From NCBI GenBank assembly GCA_047947115.1, contig CP170459.1:384001-448000 (forward strand): DNA of 64,000 bases. The letters run 5' to 3'. The DNA is from Verrucomicrobiota bacterium (GTDB lineage: Bacteria; Verrucomicrobiota; Verrucomicrobiia; Limisphaerales; AAA164-E04). Below the pieces are notes generated by a model. That model did no database searches. It was not told where the DNA came from and saw only the letters and a program-made list of their open reading frames with translations. Made by a program: the position numbers and the translations under genes. The stretch's first letter is position 1. Every line of letters begins with the position of its first letter. This document shows, piece after piece, positions 39,090 through 48,541 of this stretch.

Positions 39090-40349
39090 TCATCTGCTTT
39101 TCCCAATACAAAACAGCATTTTGTCAGCACGAATGAGCAACTGATCCCCCATGATGGTCGGACTCGCGTTATAAACGCCCGCACTCCGCGGCAGTCGATT
39201 GCGTGCCAGGATTTCAAATCGAGGTTCTGCAGGAAGGATCACACATTCACCACTGCGCGAAAGATAGTAGATACGACCATCAGTAAGAATGGGCGAAGAA
39301 TAAATTTGGCCGGGTGATGGTTGAATACGCTCTTCATAAACGATTTCTCCCGTTGTAGCATTGATGCAGCAGGCAATAGCAAGGTTTTCGTGGATGAAAT
39401 AAAGGTACCCAGCATGGTATAGGGGAGTCGGCACATTGGTTCCCTTTTCCAAACGCCATAACAATTGCGATCCGGTCACATCTCCCCGACCACCTGCACG
39501 AACTGCCAAGCCACCCCCAGAACGCCCACCAATGGCATAAACCACATCGTCGTGGAACAACATCCCCGGACACATATACCAATTGATCTTGGTATCACAT
39601 TCCCAAAGGATTTTTCCATTTTCAGGATCCACTCCGAGCACCTTTCGAAACATCGCCAAAATGATTTCGGTGGAGCCATTCTTTAATGTGGCCACTACCG
39701 GTGTATTCCATGATTCCTTGATTTCCCCTGTTCTCCAAAGCTCTTTACCCGTCTTGCCATCCAATGCCACAAGTGATTCACTCTCAACACTTGCATTGAT
39801 GATCACTTTTCCATTGTACAGCACCGGAGAAGCGGCCGACCCCCATCCACTGAGATTGGAACCTACCTTGGTTCTCCACACTTCTTTACCATCATGAGTC
39901 AGAGCCATTACTCCGGTTTTGCCCAGGAAAACATAGACATGTTGATCATCAACAACAGGTGAATTGGTGGCGTAACCGTGATTTTCACGAATGTTATCCT
40001 GCTCTGGTAAATCCGCTGGAACGTTAACTCGCCAAAGTTCACGTCCATTCTCCCTATGCAAACACAAAATATGCCGATTTAGATGATTGGCACTATTCCT
40101 TCCCTGACGCGTAAAACAGGTCAGAAAAATACGCCCCCCCCAGACCACTGGACTGGAAGCCCCTTCGCCCGGAAGGTCTATCTTCCAATCAATGTTTTCA
40201 GATTCGCTAAAGTTGATTGGAATTTTAGCCTCTGAAGCAAAACCTGAGCCCTTAGGACCTCGAAATCGAGTCCAGTCGCCCTCGGATGCGTGTGATGGAT
40301 TCACTAAAGCTAGATTGATTAGTAGAATCAGAAGTATGCATTTCATCAT
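39090..40349 (-). CDS. PQQ-binding-like beta-propeller protein (PVC-expanded family)
   Basis: Signal peptide; DWTRFRGP, GASSPVV, GSAASPV, SWNTPV, YSSPI, YNASP. Confidence 0.85.
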   Translation of the reverse strand: MMKCILLILLINLALVNPSHASEGDWTRFRGPKGSGFASEAKIPINFSESENIDWKIDLPGEGASSPVVWGGRIFLTCFTRQGRNSANHLNRHILCLHRENGRELWRVNVPADLPEQDNIRENHGYATNSPVVDDQHVYVFLGKTGVMALTHDGKEVWRTKVGSNLSGWGSAASPVLYNGKVIINASVESESLVALDGKTGKELWRTGEIKESWNTPVVATLKNGSTEIILAMFRKVLGVDPENGKILWECDTKINWYMCPGMLFHDDVVYAIGGRSGGGLAVRAGGRGDVTGSQLLWRLEKGTNVPTPLYHAGYLYFIHENLAIACCINATTGEIVYEERIQPSPGQIYSSPILTDGRIYYLSRSGECVILPAEPRFEILARNRLPRSAGVYNASPTIMGDQLLIRADKMLFCIGKSR

Positions 40350-40419
40350 AGATTAAATGAAATTGAGATTTCGAGGATTGTGTCCAAATTTCGTCAATTT
40401 CCCAATTATAACAGGAAAC

Positions 40420-40451
40420 AAAAAAAGCCGCCCTCAGATTGAGGACGGCTT
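40420..40451 (-). terminator. Rho-independent terminator after the PEP-CTERM gene
   Basis: Minus strand AAGCCGTCCTCA-ATC-TGAGGGCGGCTTTTTTT. Confidence 0.85.
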
Positions 40452-40472
40452 GATGAGAACATTAAAGTTCGA

Positions 40473-40937
40473 TTACTTGCGACGACGGAACATCAGAGCA
40501 GCGCCACCGAGAACAGCCAGAGCGATCGTGGAAGGCTCGGGTACTGCAGGTGTGCCGGAAATGTCCAGTGCGACCCCGTTAGGCAATGCTGCTGCAGGGG
40601 AAGGAGGTGTTCCAGCCCCACCAAGAGTAACGCTGAATGCGTCAGAGTAGGACCAGTTGCCATCACCGGTGTGACCAGCAAGCTTCAGGGAAACATCACC
40701 AGTAAGACCAGCGAGAGTCTGAGTTCCAGCTGAGAAGAAACCTCCACCCAGTACCGTTCCTGTGTTACCAACAAGAGCATTGTCTGCAGTGGCAAATGAA
40801 ACAACAGTACCAGCAGGAGCTGGAGCACCGTCAACGGTAACAGGAGTCTTCAGAATGTTGGACAATGCGATTGTCCCCTGACCATATGCGCTGATGGAAA
40901 CCAAAGCGCAGAGTACGGATAGTACGAACTTTTTCAT
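40473..40937 (-). CDS. PEP-CTERM sorting domain protein
   Basis: Signal peptide AYG-Q; C-terminus VPEPSTIALAVLGGAALMFRRRK. Confidence 0.93.
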   Translation of the reverse strand: MKKFVLSVLCALVSISAYGQGTIALSNILKTPVTVDGAPAPAGTVVSFATADNALVGNTGTVLGGGFFSAGTQTLAGLTGDVSLKLAGHTGDGNWSYSDAFSVTLGGAGTPPSPAAALPNGVALDISGTPAVPEPSTIALAVLGGAALMFRRRK

Positions 40938-40979
40938 AGCTATGTTATTATCGATAGTATTTGTTTAGGTTTTAACTAA

Positions 40980-41618
40980 TTAGTTAATGGAGAAATTACG
41001 ATCCCAAGCAGCTGCTTCGCCTTTGTCAACGAACACTGCGTCAGCAACACCCAACATAGGGGTAGCGGGCTGCCAACCTTCCAAAACTCCAGGAATAACT
41101 ACGAACTGATTGGAATCCCAACCAGAACCGTTCCAAGAGTATACAGTGTCACCGTTTCCAGCAGGGAAACCGTGTTCAGCCAAGTCGCCGGCAACAGGAA
41201 CAGTAGAACCTTGGATGCTCAATCCAGCAGGTACTGTTTTGTTGCTTGCGTCACCCTGAAGCACTTCACCCACAAATGTGATGGTGGTTGCCTCAGCAGC
41301 GTCGATGAAAAATCCGTCACCAACAGGGAGGTTGATTTCTGGCTGCCATCCGGAGAGGACACCAGGGATCACAACGAACTGAGCGGAATCATATCCAGCA
41401 CCGTTCCATGCGTAAACAGTAGACCCATTAGGTGCAGAAGGAATCACTTCACCGATGGAGTTACCACCATTGCTGAGGGGATTAGCGATCAAGTTCAAGC
41501 CTTGTGCCAAATCCTTGTTAACGTAACCAACAGCGTTCACTGAGGTCACCTGCGCTGAAGCAGAAGCCAATCCTGCCACACCCAGCACAGCCGCGATAAG
41601 TAGTGTTTTTGTTCTCAT
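40980..41618 (-). CDS. Secreted verrucomicrobial surface protein (SVNAVGYVN-type) with internal duplication
   Basis: Signal MRTKTLLIAAVLGVAGLASASA-Q; two copies of NGxTVYxWNGxGxDSxQFVVIPGVLxGWQP. Confidence 0.75.
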   Translation of the reverse strand: MRTKTLLIAAVLGVAGLASASAQVTSVNAVGYVNKDLAQGLNLIANPLSNGGNSIGEVIPSAPNGSTVYAWNGAGYDSAQFVVIPGVLSGWQPEINLPVGDGFFIDAAEATTITFVGEVLQGDASNKTVPAGLSIQGSTVPVAGDLAEHGFPAGNGDTVYSWNGSGWDSNQFVVIPGVLEGWQPATPMLGVADAVFVDKGEAAAWDRNFSIN

Positions 41619-41977
41619 TGCTTTTATTGTCGTTACCGTGTGTGCCGATAACTTCCGAAATTTAGAGATTATTGTCAATGCTTTTTTTCCCTATTCACAG
41701 AAACCTCAAAAGATGCCTGCAATCACCGCATACAAACTACTCAACATCACGGGACCTGTCAAATTTCATGTTGCTTTGTATGTTCACCTTATGCCCCACC
41801 CACATCACGAAAAACATAACCAAATGCACATAAGCAAGATGGAAACCGCATAGCAAATCCAGCGCTGCCTGCACACTCCTTTTTCCCCAAACTTCCCAAT
41901 GGCTCGGTCTACGAAAAAAGCCGTTTTGATGAGGAATTCAGCTTGCCTGCCGATCCAACAAGTCATGATGATTCCTC

Positions 41978-43123
41978 GTGATGATTCGGCTTTATCAAAA
42001 ATTAATTCGCCCCATACTTTTCCAAATGCAACCTGAGCAAGCCCACGAACAGGCTATGCACGTTTTGAAGTTTGCCTCGAACAGTTCTATTTTGAAATCC
42101 CTTGTCTCCGATTTCTGCCAACCCCAAAAGTTATCCATTGAATTAGCCGGTATTCATTTCCCAAATCCTGTTGGATTAGCGGCCGGCATGGACAAAAACG
42201 CGGTTGCCCTGCCGATCTGGGAATCACTAGGTTTTGGGTTCTGTGAAATCGGCGGCATCACGCGCCACGCTCAACCTGGTAACCCCAAACCACGCATGTT
42301 CCGCGCGCCTCAAACCGAGGCTTTGATTAATCGTATGGGATTCAACAATGACGGGCTTGACTCCGTAGCCCGACGCCTGGCTGATTGGAAATCCGCAGAT
42401 GCCTGGCCCAAAGCACCTGTTGCCATCAACCTCGGCAAATCAAAAATCACACCCCTGGAAGAAGCTCCGCAAGAATACGGCATGCTGCTGCAACGTTTAT
42501 GGACCTACGGAGACCTATTCGTTGTCAATGTCAGCTCCCCCAATACCCCGGATCTCCGCAAGCTCCAGCAAGCCGATGCACTGAAAACCATCATCAAAGC
42601 ACTGGAGTCGGTCAGAACAGCCTGTGTAAACGAATTCCCCAACCAACACAGTCGACCGATTTTTCTCAAAGTGGACCCCGATATGCCAAGAGAGGCTTTA
42701 AACGAGATCCTGGATGCCTGCCTGGATTCATCATTGAATGGCATCGTCGCAACAAATACCACATTGAGCCGCCCTGCCCCTGAACAGACCGACACGGAGC
42801 GCCCCCTTGTTTATGACGAACAGGGCGGTTTGAGCGGTCGCCCGCTGAAGCAGCGCAGCACTGATCTGATTCGCCACATCTATGAGTATACCTCGGGCAA
42901 GCTACCCATTATAGGTGTGGGCGGCATTTTTAACGCCCAAGATGCCTGGGAAAAAATCTGCGCAGGAGCCAGTTTGCTGCAGGTTTACAGCGGGATGGTA
43001 TACCAAGGCCCCACCTTGGCACGTTCCATCGTCGAGGGCTTGTCAACTCAGGTAGAGCGACATTCCTTGAAGTCCATAGCGTCAGCAGTAGGCCAGGAAC
43101 TTCCTTTCAAGCGCGAAGATTAG
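41978..43123 (+). CDS. pyrD: Quinone-dependent dihydroorotate dehydrogenase (class 2)
   Basis: NPVGLAAGMDK, QPGNPKPRMFR, INRMGFNN, NVSSPNTP, TNTT, GGLSG, IIGVGGI. Confidence 0.95.
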   Translation: MMIRLYQKLIRPILFQMQPEQAHEQAMHVLKFASNSSILKSLVSDFCQPQKLSIELAGIHFPNPVGLAAGMDKNAVALPIWESLGFGFCEIGGITRHAQPGNPKPRMFRAPQTEALINRMGFNNDGLDSVARRLADWKSADAWPKAPVAINLGKSKITPLEEAPQEYGMLLQRLWTYGDLFVVNVSSPNTPDLRKLQQADALKTIIKALESVRTACVNEFPNQHSRPIFLKVDPDMPREALNEILDACLDSSLNGIVATNTTLSRPAPEQTDTERPLVYDEQGGLSGRPLKQRSTDLIRHIYEYTSGKLPIIGVGGIFNAQDAWEKICAGASLLQVYSGMVYQGPTLARSIVEGLSTQVERHSLKSIASAVGQELPFKRED

Positions 43124-43161
43124 GAAATCAAACAGCTCACGGGCGTCGCCACTCCAGCAAA

Positions 43162-44067
43162 TCAATCCAGCACCCGATAAGCCTTGAGGAACTCAGGCAC
43201 ATTGTCAGCCACCCGTTTCGAGATAACCTTCGCCCCTGGTGCAACCAAATGGAGCCGATCCGTGTGAGTAAATCCATCACTGGCCTCTTCACCCAGGTCC
43301 TGGTAAAGCTGTTTGGTCAGTCGGTTGACGTCGATGCTGGGGCACCCCAGAGATTGCGCCACTTCCAATACCGCATCACTGCGCTCATCCAGATATGGAA
43401 CTGGGGTTCCCCCGGAATCAAATTCTCTCAGGGTCAAAGGAGTCACCAGCACGGGCGTCCCACCAAAGCCACGCACCAATTCCACGAGTGTTGCCAAATT
43501 AGCTCGATACACCTCCATCGTGGTCCTTTTTTCAGGCTGTCCAGACAACTCATCGATCATCCCAAACTGAATAAAAACAAAATCAGCCGCAACAAATTTG
43601 AGATTTTGAACCTGCCAGCCTGATTCCAGATATGTTTTGGTGCTTTGACCAGGTTGAGCCAAATTGACAAGGATCACCTGATCATTGAAATGAGCCCCAA
43701 ACCCCTCTCCCCACCCCCCGACACGACCCGAATAGTAGGAAAAATCCATAATGGTGGAATCCCCTATGAGAGCCATACTGATTTCATCTTCCCGAAGTTG
43801 CCAGATATTCAGGCGATAAAAGGCGCTTTGAGCTTCATCTGACGGAATCGAAACGGTGTGCGATCCTACCGAGTGATCAAAACCTCCCACCCAATCCCAA
43901 AAATCCAGCGACCGTTCTATCTGATATCCCACGTCTTTTCGATCGGAGGATATTACCAATTCAACTCTACCGCCCACTGTGCGGACGGTTAAAACCTGAG
44001 CTAACACAAGTTCATATTCCAGAAAAAGTGCTAGAAAGATCAGGGATGTGACAGATTTGGGCAACAT
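43162..44067 (-). CDS. SGNH/GDSL esterase (rhamnogalacturonan acetylesterase-like)
   Basis: IGDST, GWG, NLAQPGQSTK, IQFG, PVLVTP, DRLH. Confidence 0.82.
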   Translation of the reverse strand: MLPKSVTSLIFLALFLEYELVLAQVLTVRTVGGRVELVISSDRKDVGYQIERSLDFWDWVGGFDHSVGSHTVSIPSDEAQSAFYRLNIWQLREDEISMALIGDSTIMDFSYYSGRVGGWGEGFGAHFNDQVILVNLAQPGQSTKTYLESGWQVQNLKFVAADFVFIQFGMIDELSGQPEKRTTMEVYRANLATLVELVRGFGGTPVLVTPLTLREFDSGGTPVPYLDERSDAVLEVAQSLGCPSIDVNRLTKQLYQDLGEEASDGFTHTDRLHLVAPGAKVISKRVADNVPEFLKAYRVLD

Positions 44068-44137
44068 GGTTTAAACTGAATCAACAACTTGATCTCCTTT
44101 CACTTACACCCACATGAGAGAACAACCAAGAAAAATA

Positions 44138-45388
44138 TCAACCGTCATGCTTCCATGCTTCACGCATATCCACACCTGAAGGGCTTTGGAAGACTCGAAG
44201 GTCAAATTCAGGAAGCACCGCCAAAAGGTGATCGAAAATATCCGACTGAATATCTTCGTAGGGAACCCACCGTTTTTCTTTGGAAAAGATGTAGATTTGA
44301 ATGGGCAATCCTTTAGGTGTCGGCTCCAACTGACGCACCAGCAGCGTCATTTCCTGATTTACCATGGGGTGCCGTTTCAAATAATCCGTGATGTAGGCAC
44401 GAAACGTTCCAACGTTAGTCATCCGACGACCATTGACCAGACAGGAATCGTCCACTTTGGATTGTTTGTTGTATTCAGCCAGCTCCTCCTTTTTACGATC
44501 AACATACTCCTGAATAAGTTGAATCCGACTGAGTCGCTTGAGCAGAGGTTCATCACAAAAACGAATCGTGTTCAGATCCAAAAACAAGGATCGTTTGATC
44601 CGTCGCCCATCGGATTCGGACATACCCCGCCAATTCTTGAACGCATCACTGATCAACGCATATGTTGGAATAGTGGTAATGGTTCGGTCCCAATTTTGAA
44701 CTTTGACGGTGGTAAGCGTGATTTCCAGCACGTCTCCATCGGCGCCATATTTGGGCATCTCAAGCCAATCCCCGATTGCCAACATCTTGTTGGTTGTCAA
44801 TTGAATACCCGCAGTTAAGCCCAGGATGGCATCTTTGAACACCAACATGAGCACAGCCGTCAGAGTGCCCAAACTGGCGAACAAGACACCGAGTTCCTTA
44901 TTCATCAGCCTGCCGACCACGAAAATGCCACCCACCAGAAAAACGACCAGTTTAATGACTTGCAGAAAGCTCTTGATCGGGACTTGTTTAGACCAGGCAA
45001 AACTGCGGTAGATATCGAGAAATGCCGCCAGAAGGGAATCCACCACCACCATCACGACGACTGCGATATAAATCTCAGTACCTGAGGAAATGACCTGTAG
45101 AGCATCCGCATAACCTTCCCATATCTCAGGGAGCAACACACTGAAAACTGCTATGGGAGCAAGATGTGACAACTTGTGGAAGACTTTGCGTTTGGCCAAT
45201 TTATCATCCCACTTGATCTTGGTGCGATCAATGAAGGCATGCACCCCGCGAACAATAAGATTCTTGGCGATGAAATTGACAATGATTGCCAGGCAGAGCA
45301 CACCAAAAGTCGCCACCCAAGATGCCGTGACAGGTGCCCAATCAGGTGACACACCCCCCTCAATCAGAAAATCAATTAACCTTTGCAT
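44138..45388 (-). CDS. Mechanosensitive channel, MscS family (YbdG-like)
   Basis: LMLVFKDAILG, IGDWLEMPKYGADGDV, VKVQNWDRTITTIP, NWRGMSESDGRRIKRS, TNVGTFRAY. Confidence 0.92.
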   Translation of the reverse strand: MQRLIDFLIEGGVSPDWAPVTASWVATFGVLCLAIIVNFIAKNLIVRGVHAFIDRTKIKWDDKLAKRKVFHKLSHLAPIAVFSVLLPEIWEGYADALQVISSGTEIYIAVVVMVVVDSLLAAFLDIYRSFAWSKQVPIKSFLQVIKLVVFLVGGIFVVGRLMNKELGVLFASLGTLTAVLMLVFKDAILGLTAGIQLTTNKMLAIGDWLEMPKYGADGDVLEITLTTVKVQNWDRTITTIPTYALISDAFKNWRGMSESDGRRIKRSLFLDLNTIRFCDEPLLKRLSRIQLIQEYVDRKKEELAEYNKQSKVDDSCLVNGRRMTNVGTFRAYITDYLKRHPMVNQEMTLLVRQLEPTPKGLPIQIYIFSKEKRWVPYEDIQSDIFDHLLAVLPEFDLRVFQSPSGVDMREAWKHDG

Positions 45389-45438
45389 GTCTTAATAGCT
45401 ATCTGAAATGACACCTGAAAAAAACACATTATGTGGCA

Positions 45439-46887
45439 TTATCTTAAAACCAAGGCGGCGCCCGCACGGTTCAAAGTAAGAAAGCGCCCCACTTTTCGCT
45501 GCACCAGCAGTTCCACTCGAACCGATGCGCCAGACTTCAATTCGTAAAGATACTTTGCCAATCCCACCATCGAATCCACCCTGAGGTCATTGATGCGCAG
45601 CACCACGAATCCATTGCGAATTCCCGCCTTGGCCCCGGGACCATCTTCGTCGACATCCGCCACCAGGGCGCCCTCAACCGAATCAAGATTCAGGTTCCTG
45701 GCCAATTGCGGACTCATCTCTTGAAGCAGCACCCCCGTTTTCTCACGGACGAGTTGCGCATTGAAAAAACTTTCCTCAGGAATCAACTGTAGGCTGATCT
45801 TTTTATTTTCCCTATCACGATCTATGGCGATGTTGACCGCATCCTTTCCCCTGTTCCGGGTCAGCATGTGGTGAAAATCGATGGCATGCGGCACCGGTTG
45901 ACCATCGACACTCAAAATGGCATCGTCCACCTTGAATCCCGCTTTATCGGCAGGACTGCCTTGTTGAACTTCCTTGATCTTCATGGGCCGTGCCCCGGCA
46001 TCCAACTTGGCCCCAAACCACAATCCATCCAGAATTTCAGGCGTCATGATCTCCGAAATGGCTTCATTGATGCGTTTGATCGGGATGGCAAACCCAATGC
46101 CCTGCCCCTCCTTGAACACGGCAACATTCAGACCGATCATTTCACCATCCAAATTCACGAGCGGTCCCCCGCTATTGCCAGGATTGATCGCGGCGTCCGT
46201 TTGCAGCCAGTCCTCAATCTCCAAAGGCTCGTTCTCCATGGGGGGACGACGGTTCTTGGAACTTAAAATGCCCCGACTCACGGAACTTCCCAGACCGAAC
46301 GGATTCCCCAACGCCAGCACCGTTTCGCCCAACATGAGATCATCCTCTCGAGCAAAAGACACAGCCTGAAATGTGGGCAATGCATCTTCTCCTTTGATCT
46401 TGAGGAGGGCGACATCGCTGGACCTCATCCCAGCAATAGGCTCCGCCTCGTAGCGTGATCCATCCTGCAGGATCACCTCCACCCGACTGGCCCGATTCAC
46501 CACATGGGCATTGGTCAACACATAACCCGAATCATGAATGATCACACCCGACCCCAGACTGTAGGTGGACTCGGCCGGACGACGCCGGTAATACGGTCCG
46601 AAAAAATCCCAAAGCAGGTCGTAATAAAAATCCTGCCGTTCCACAAGGATCTCCGTTCGAATGTTCACAACGCTCGGCATGGTTTTGTCAACCGCTCTGA
46701 CGGTCGCATCACGCCTCACTGACTCCGAAGCCCATGCCCAACCGCTCAAAGCACACCCCAGCACCACAAGCAGAAAAAAAGGAACCGTTTCCTGAAACGG
46801 CGTGCCCCGAACCTGCAAAAATCTTTTCCTGAAACCGGTCATTCTCCCAATTTGATCTCCATTTGACACTTTTTCAACCATCACCAT
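45439..46887 (-). CDS. HtrA/DegP-family serine protease with two PDZ domains
   Basis: LGSGVII, LTNAHVV, DVALLKI, QTDAAINPGNSGGPL, GIGFAIP. The true start is probably downstream of 46887. Confidence 0.92.
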   Translation of the reverse strand: MVMVEKVSNGDQIGRMTGFRKRFLQVRGTPFQETVPFFLLVVLGCALSGWAWASESVRRDATVRAVDKTMPSVVNIRTEILVERQDFYYDLLWDFFGPYYRRRPAESTYSLGSGVIIHDSGYVLTNAHVVNRASRVEVILQDGSRYEAEPIAGMRSSDVALLKIKGEDALPTFQAVSFAREDDLMLGETVLALGNPFGLGSSVSRGILSSKNRRPPMENEPLEIEDWLQTDAAINPGNSGGPLVNLDGEMIGLNVAVFKEGQGIGFAIPIKRINEAISEIMTPEILDGLWFGAKLDAGARPMKIKEVQQGSPADKAGFKVDDAILSVDGQPVPHAIDFHHMLTRNRGKDAVNIAIDRDRENKKISLQLIPEESFFNAQLVREKTGVLLQEMSPQLARNLNLDSVEGALVADVDEDGPGAKAGIRNGFVVLRINDLRVDSMVGLAKYLYELKSGASVRVELLVQRKVGRFLTLNRAGAALVLR

Positions 46888-47030
46888 TCCTCAATGAGTT
46901 ATGAATTTACGACATTTTATCTTAAATCCCGACCTTTTATCCTTTTATTTTCAAAATGTTTCAATTGCTGGTTTATTATTATTTCAATCTCACATTAATA
47001 TCGGATCCACACTGCATTGATTCGTACATC

Positions 47031-48509
47031 ATGATGTCCATTCCTACAGATTTCTACCATCAATGGCGCTCCTCCGCAATGGCGACACACCTACTCAAGG
47101 AGACTTCCGGTCCGGATTTCCCCGAAAGAGTGCTTCACCTGATATGGATGCACCAACGATTTGAAAGCACCCCGTGCACGACCACATGCGGTAAACCGAT
47201 TGAAATCCTTCATCCGGGCTTCTGGAATCATGGGGCCGGACCTGATTTCAGGTCAGCCGTGCTGCGCATCGACGATCAATTATACAAGCACGCCGACATC
47301 GAACTAGATCTCAAGCCATCCTTCTGGCGTTCTCATCGTCATGATCTGAATCCAAACTTCAACAAAGTACGTCTGCATGTCATTTGGGAAGGCGCCATAC
47401 CAGACAATCACCCGTTACCCGTGTTAAGGCTATCGGACTATACGAACGAATCCCAATGCAATCTCATTGAGTGGGCAGGCGATAGTGTGACCGAGTGCTG
47501 GCCTGAGCGCTTATGTGGGCAATGCCGTTCTCCATTGAATCAACTTTCTCCAGAATCCATTCAGGTGTTGGTCCGTCAAGCAGCTTTGCTGCGCCTGAAA
47601 TTGAAGGCAAAACGCATCGAGGAAGACGCCCGCGAAATAGGATATCGCGACGCACTTTGGTTACACTTGTTCAACGGTCTGGGCTACCGAAAAAAATAAT
47701 GGCCCATGAGGCGCCTTTATTATTTGACCGGCAAAATCATGGAGGATCTGGATATGAAAAAACCGGAAGAAACCCGGTTCCTGATGCAATCCAGATTATT
47801 TGGGATTGCCAATTTGATTCCCAAACAGTTCCCCCAACAGCCGCAGAAGGATCACGGTTATATTCGCAAATGCTGGGACGCCTGGTGGCGCGATCGTGAT
47901 ACCTTCGAACAAGATATTCTTCCCAAATGCATGTGGCACATGCAGAGCATTCGCCCGGCAAACCATCCGCTACGACGACTGGCAACGGTCGCGCACTGGA
48001 TGACCGATCCGAATTTCATTCAGAGGATCGAGGAGTGGTTCAACACCCCCATGCAGACACGCATTGCCCAGGAGAAAATGCATGCTCTACTGGGGGATTA
48101 TTCTGATGAATTCTGGTCATGGCATTGGTCCATGACTGGACCCAAGATGAAAACACCCTCCTTCCTGACCGGGGCGGAACGAACCAACGAACTGGTGATC
48201 AACGTGATTCTGCCTTGGCTCCTGGCCAGGTCCGGTTCGGATCCCACGGACGATCACAACGACTTGATCCAGCGCATCAAGCGGCTGTATTCCAACTGGC
48301 CCCGTGCTGCCGATAACGCGTTGCTCAAGATGGCTCGAACGAGGTTGTTAAATGGAAGAAAATGCGGGTGGATACAGTCAGCTGCGGACCAACAGGGTTT
48401 ATTGCAAATACTCGCGGATTTCTGCAGTCACACCAATGCAACGTGCGAACACTGCTTGTTCCCGGAAGTCGTACAGGCCGTGGAAGCGCATATAGCCATC
48501 CCTGAATAA
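47031..48509 (+). pseudogene. DUF2851 family protein with one in-frame stop
   Basis: ERVLHLIW, HPGFWNHGAGPDF, HRHDLNPNF...LHVIW, then GLGYRKK*WPM (TAA 47697-47699) in the same frame as RPANHPLRRLA, NVILP, QQGLLQI...C..C.C. Confidence 0.75.
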
Positions 48510-48541
48510 AATTTATACGGCGAACGTGCCAACTGACCCTG

